Of a DNA stretch of 64,000 bases, positions 59,201-64,000 are shown piece by piece (within the stretch, counting starts at the first letter, position 1; each line of letters starts with the position of its first letter). The DNA lies in assembly GCA_950097015.1 (NCBI GenBank), contig CATNEN010000010.1, positions 2,728,001-2,792,000 of the forward strand, given 5' to 3'. The position numbers were made by a program, and so were the translations under genes. This DNA comes from Macrostomum hystrix (Eukaryota; Animalia; Platyhelminthes). A model generated the notes under the pieces. It was not told the DNA's origin, did not search any database, and was given only the letters and a program-made list of their open reading frames with translations.

Positions 59201-62200
59201 AGTTGTATAAGTATTTGGGAAGCATTTTGGAACTTTCATTGTTATAAAGCCATCAAACAATTGAGGCAGAAGACAATGGCTCACCGTTTGCAGGCCTTCA
59301 ATGTTACTTTTAGGGGCAGCCGCGTCCTCTTCCACTCCAACCCTGTGCGAGGGAGAGAATGGAGACTGGATTAGCAATGGGAATAGAGACAGGGGAAGGG
59401 GGAGAGAAAGGAAGAGGAGGAGAGAAAGGAAGCGGAGGAGAGAAAGGAAGGGGGAGAGGAAGGAAGGGGAGGAGAGAAAGGAAGGGGGAGAGGAAGGAAG
59501 GGGAGGAGAGAAAGGAAGTGGAGGAGAGAAAGGAAGTGGAGGAGAGAAAGGAAGCGGAGGAGAGAAAGGAAGGGGGAGAGGAAGGAAGGGGAGGAGAGAA
59601 AGGAAGGGGGAGAGGAAGGAAGGGGAGGAGAGAAAGGAAGGGGGAGAGGAAGGAAGGGGAGGAGAGAAAGGAAGGGGGAGAGGAAGGAAGGGGAGGAGAG
59701 AAAGGAAGGGGGAGAGGAAGGAAGGGGAGGAGAGAAAGGAAGGGGGAGAGGAAGGAAGGGGAGGAGAGAAAGGAAGGGGGAGAGGAAGGAAGGGGAGGAG
59801 AGAAAGGAAGTGGAGGAGAGAAAGGAAGAGGAGGAGAGAAAGGAAGCGGAGGAGAGAAATGAAGGGGGAGGAGAGAAAGGAAGTGGAGGAGAGAAAGGAA
59901 GCGGAGGAGAGAAAGGAAGCGGAGGAGAGAAAGGAAGGGGGAGAATAAGGAAGGGGAGGAGAGAAATGAAGGGGGAGGAGAGAAAGGAAGCGGAGGAGAG
60001 AAATGAAGGGGGAGGATAGAAAGGAAGCGAAGGGGAGAGATAAAGGGGGAGGAGAGAAAGGAAGCGGAGGAAGGCTCTATCTCAGAGCGTGGTTACCTGA
60101 TGCGCAGCCACTGCAGCATCTGTGTCGTCAGGCCGCCGCACAGCAGGACGGTGGCGATGACAATGAGCAGGGTGGTTGACAGCATCATCTTGCGCACACT
60201 GGAGGAGGTGTTCCTGATGGCCAGGGCGAAGGCGATGGCACCGCGGAGGCCGGAGAACATCAGCATGTGCATCTTGTTGGCGCCGATGCGATTCCGCCTG
60301 CCCAGGTTGAGCAGCAGGCACAACGGGTACACATTCAGGGCCCGGCCGAGCAGGATGGCCAGGAAGGCTGCGAAAATAAACAGCGGATCCCACAGGTGCG
60401 AGCTGTAGGTGAAGGTGCTGACGCCGATGTACAGGAAGGTGAAGTTCTCCGCGAGGAAGTTCAACAACTCGAAGAAGTTCTTGGTGGACTGTTTGGACTC
60501 GCGTGACAGGTTGTTAAAGGTGTAGTGCGCCTGCGATGGGAAATACGTGAAATGGTCAGGAGTGCCCTAGAGTTCCTAAATCCCTAATCTCAGTACCCGG
60601 CAGGTGCCCACATAGTTCCCAAATCCCAGTACCTGGCAGATGCCACAGAACAGCACTGCAACGATGCCGGTGCTGCGGGCGGCCTCGGCAGCCAGGAAGG
60701 TGCTGTAGCTCATGAGGATGAAAAGGCTGGACTCCAGTAGGGGGTGGTCGCGCACTCGAGTGTACTTGGTGATGAGAGCGGTCAAGCAGCCCATGGCGCT
60801 GCCGATGCCGAGGGCGCCAAAGAAAACGCCAAGAAAGTTGAGCACAGCGCTGAGTATAGCGTTGCCTTGAATACCGCCCGCCGAGGCTGCCAATGTGCCG
60901 TACTTTTCAATCGCCTGCGACAGCACTATGGCTACGGCGTCGTTAAGGACGCTTTCTCCGAACACCAGCGCGTAGAGATCCACGTCCACGTTGAGATCGT
61001 TGAAGATGGCGAGAACGGTAACTGAGGGTTGGCAAAGACAGGGTTGCGTAATAAAAGTAATAATAATAATAATACTTGCAGGAGGGCTGCAGGCACTGGC
61101 ACATCACTTGGTGACACTGGACCCGCAGCCAGTGAGGAGGCAATTCTGCTCATTTCGCTTACTCCTGAGCACACACGCACACAGATACTGTACGCAGGCT
61201 GGCACACAGGTGTGTACATCTGCCCTGACTTTCTAATCGTGCCGTGGAGGTTGGCCTTCTCTCCGTGGCCGCGCCCAAATTGAATGTGGCCTCACCGCGG
61301 AATCGAGCTCAGGGACCTTTGCGCGAGAGGCAAACGCGTTAACCGCTCTGCCACTCACCCTCCAATGGTTACGCAATATCCAATGTGAACAATTGGGTTC
61401 GTGAACTTAAGGAGCTGTGAAAAGCACCCAGACTTAACCAGATAGACTCACCGGGGTCCGTGGCCGAGATAAGGGCGCCGAACAGCAGGCATTCATTGTA
61501 CAGGATGGAGCCGCTCATGCTGCTGCTCAGCCGCGTGATGCCGTACACCAGCGAGCTGGGTGAGTGGGCGGGTAGAGAGGGGCGCGAGAATCGCCTGATT
61601 ATTTAGGGTGTTTGGCATTCTTCACATTCCTAAGATATTGTCCTAATTAAACTAGGATCATTTAAATAAAGCATCCAACGGATAGACCAGACATCGTGGT
61701 CTCCTGGTCGATAGCCTGCCCCAATCGGGCCAGATGTGCAGCCGACAGCACAGCCGCAGCTATTGCTCATATTTAGTTCAGTCTGTTCAGTCCATGGACT
61801 GGGGAGATGCCACATCCACCCTAATGCTGAGTGCCCATTTAACAGCTGGGTAAAATGAAGCGGTGCAGAGTCAAGTGTCTTGCTAACGGACACTAACTGT
61901 TCTAGTTGGAGTCGGGAATCGAACATCCGACCTTTAAGTCAGATGCTATAGTCGCTAGGCTACAACCTAAATATACTGGAAGATTATTGCAATCAAAACT
62001 AGGCAACCCCAAGTAGCTAATCTTGAGTATTCGATCCGCTCATTAAAACGCGCTCACCCTACAACCACGCAGGAGATTGTGGTGCCGATGAAAGCCAGAG
62101 TGAGAATGGCGCCAATATTGCGAAAGAAGTGCTTCTGTGAACAAAAAAGTGAGACAAAAAGTTTGTTTATTAATTGGAACAACCAATAATACGATTTGTC

Positions 62201-62524
62201 ACTTGAAGAAGCCACTCACCCGCTTCATACTGTAGCCAGCGCAGAAGATGATTGGCGGCAAAATGATGTTGAAAAATACCTCAGGATTAAACGTCGCCTT
62301 CTCGTCCAGAATTGGGGCTCTTATTTCGTTGCCATAGAGACGCCGCTTGTAATCATATTCGTACACCCGGGTCTGGTTGGTGTCGCCGATCTCCAGCAGG
62401 GTCACCAGCACCTTCTCCGGCGGCAGAGCTGCGCTGTCCGGCAGGGAGCCGGTGGTGTTGAATCGACGCACGGTGAACTCGCTGGCCTGGGAGCAGTAGC
62501 GAATAATGGCGCCCACAAGCAGGC
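56255..62524 (-). CDS. SLC9A6: Endosomal Na+/H+ exchanger, NHE6/7/9 group; 5' exons lie beyond the window
   Basis: Exons 62524-62220, 62134-62058, 61555-61452, 61021-60633, 60530-60097, 59342-59285, 57958-57893, 57182-57091, 56558-56255. Motifs [88 protein letters not shown]. Which paralogue within NHE6/7/9 is uncertain. Confidence 0.92.
56590..57075. repeat. Compound gtgaacagatgg minisatellite (NHE intron)
   Basis: Units such as gcctgtgaacggatgggtgaacatatggttga. Confidence 0.9.
58138..58800. repeat. 38-bp minisatellite, ~17 copies (NHE intron)
   Basis: Unit ggattgctagtctattccctcacgagaagaaatacaat. Confidence 0.95.
59390..60070. repeat. Almost pure polypurine/polypyrimidine repeat (NHE intron)
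   Basis: Units gaggagagaaaggaagggg and gagaggaaggaagggg. Confidence 0.93.
61055..61360 (-). mobile_element. tRNA-derived SINE family 1, most complete copy, with (TAT)n tail
   Basis: Head ggtgagtggcagagcggttaacgcgtttgcctctcgcgcaaaggtccctgagctcgattccgcgg (A-box- and B-box-like); tail tattattattattattac. Confidence 0.82.
61640..61950 (-). mobile_element. tRNA-derived SINE family 2 copy (NHE intron)
   Basis: Minus strand: tgtagcctagcg..gttcgattcc head, then gtgtccgttagcaagacacttgactc..acccagctgttaaatgggcac, resembling the central domain of widespread metazoan SINEs. Confidence 0.65.
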
Positions 62525-62534
62525 CTTCAGGTGC

Positions 62535-62672
62535 AGGTGGTGAAGGGTGGGTTCACAGTGATAGCGGGTGGTGAAGGGTGGGTTCACGGTGATAGCGGGT
62601 GGTGAAGGGTGGGTTCACGGTGATAGCGGGTGGTAAAGAGTGGGTTCACGGTGATAGCGGGTGGTGAAGGGT
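62535..62672. repeat. ~32-bp repeat, ~4 copies, abutting an NHE acceptor
   Basis: Unit ggtggtgaagggtgggttcacggtgatagcg. Confidence 0.85.
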
Positions 62673-64000
62673 TGGTCCAGAGTACTTGGAGCCTCCACCA
62701 AAGCTCCCCACAGCACCAAGTCTTGTGGTGAAATGTGGGTTTACAGTTTAAGATGGTGTGAGCAGTAATGATTGTTAGAATGGCCAGAACATGGACATGG
62801 CCAGAATGGAAAAACTTTAAAAATTGTTTATTTTTTTTCACATGTTAGCAAACTATATTTATTAGTGCTTTTACCTAAATCTAAAGTGCAACAATAATGC
62901 TAAAGAACTCTTTAAAAGCTACTTTCGCAAGAAAATTAGACATTTAGAAATGAACACATCATTTTAGAAGCACTTTTTTGAAAATCATAGAGACTGAAGA
63001 AAAGAGACTGAAGAAGATCATTCATTTAAGAATTATTACAAAATAGCAGCAATCACATGTAAAGGCAATAATGTGACTTTCTATAAAAATACACAATGCA
63101 AAATGTAATAAAAAAGCAGATGAATAAATACTTAATTTTATTAACTTGGACCTAATTAACACCTAACTGTCATCTTCAAAATTCAATTGAAAATTTGAAA
63201 GTGATATCTTAGCTATAAAAACCATTCCATAAATAAAGTTTGTTGGTGATTATTATACTAATGTGCATTTACAATTACTAAAGAGTGTGTTTTTATTTAT
63301 TAGTACAAAATGCCATAATTTACACCTGTTTACATCTGATTCATGACAAATAAAATGTAAAATACTATTAAATACTTGTGTGACAATGGCAAATGCTTTT
63401 TCCCTGTGCTACACCTTTACTAAAATATAAAGCTTATAATCAATAAAATAAAATATGCCTTTGAATTCTTACAAATCAGAGGCGATATAAAGCCATAATA
63501 GAACTCCTTGATAAAAGAACTCACTTGCATAACTCAAAAGATATAAATATGCAAGCCTTATAAATTTATCCCTTTGAACTACACATTTTATTTAGTTAAC
63601 TACACTTGTAGACATACAAAAGGGTGACTATTTCTCAAATTATAGTACTACTTAACTCTTCTTCACCTCAGGAGTAGTGTCTATGGCTTTATATTTCGGC
63701 TTTAGATTTGGAAGCTGATTGAGCATTCTAGTGTATTCTGTGGTAAGAACTATTTCCTCAGAACAAAGTCGTAAAACAAAAATCAACAATAAACATAAAA
63801 TAACTATATGGTGCTTATAAACTATTATAATATTTCTTGGAATATAAATAAAGACAAGAGCATGTTGGTTTGCATTATTTTTTAATTTAACTATGATGCA
63901 GCATCCAAAAGCAAAACATTATAACCAGAGTTGAGAATATATAGCTTGAGTTAGATAAAAAGTTTAAAGTCAGTTAAGCTATGTGAATATTAAAGCACAA

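Noticed and set aside
61290-61360. tRNA-like sequences with A/B boxes (also ~23810, 28480, 28850, 30420, 35960, 61920)
   Set aside because: No complete cloverleaf or acceptor stem; each continues into a shared non-tRNA body, so they are SINE heads, not tRNA genes.
38310-62524. Run of same-strand genes (PARG, ZnT6, Periphilin-like, NHE) as a functional cluster or operon
   Set aside because: Functions are unrelated and co-orientation alone is not evidence; trans-spliced operons cannot be inferred from sequence alone.
62680-64000. Search for the upstream NHE exons (HETG motif)
   Set aside because: The sequence is AT-rich and non-coding with no matching motif; the exons must lie beyond the window.

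Overview
Eukaryotic (animal) genomic DNA with GC-rich spliced genes whose introns are packed with unrelated minisatellites. The architecture resembles the flatworm Macrostomum; this is an inference only. Most long ORFs in the supplied track are artefacts of these repeats. By manual splicing I reconstruct ten host genes: a TPD52-family gene (+) with a 456-aa intronless ORF nested in its last intron, a small single-pass membrane protein (-), an LRP11-like MANSC/LDLa receptor (+), an unidentified beta-propeller-like protein (-), a stand-alone ALK/LTK-type glycine-rich-domain gene (+), PARG (-), ZnT6/SLC30A6 (-), an RRM + RS-rich + Periphilin C-terminal-domain protein (-), and the 3' part of an endosomal Na+/H+ exchanger of the NHE6/7/9 group (-). 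Mobile DNA comprises a 2.0-kb Crypton-type tyrosine-recombinase transposon inserted into a minisatellite, two tRNA-derived SINE families and a MITE. The Crypton has resolvable ends (CATT duplication, a terminal hairpin with a 29-bp stem, 35-bp subterminal direct repeats) and one in-frame TAG between its two domains. The most interesting items are the RRM-Periphilin (HUSH-subunit-like) fusion, the Crypton, and minisatellites built from splice sites or stop codons. All protein identities come from motif recall, not database searches.
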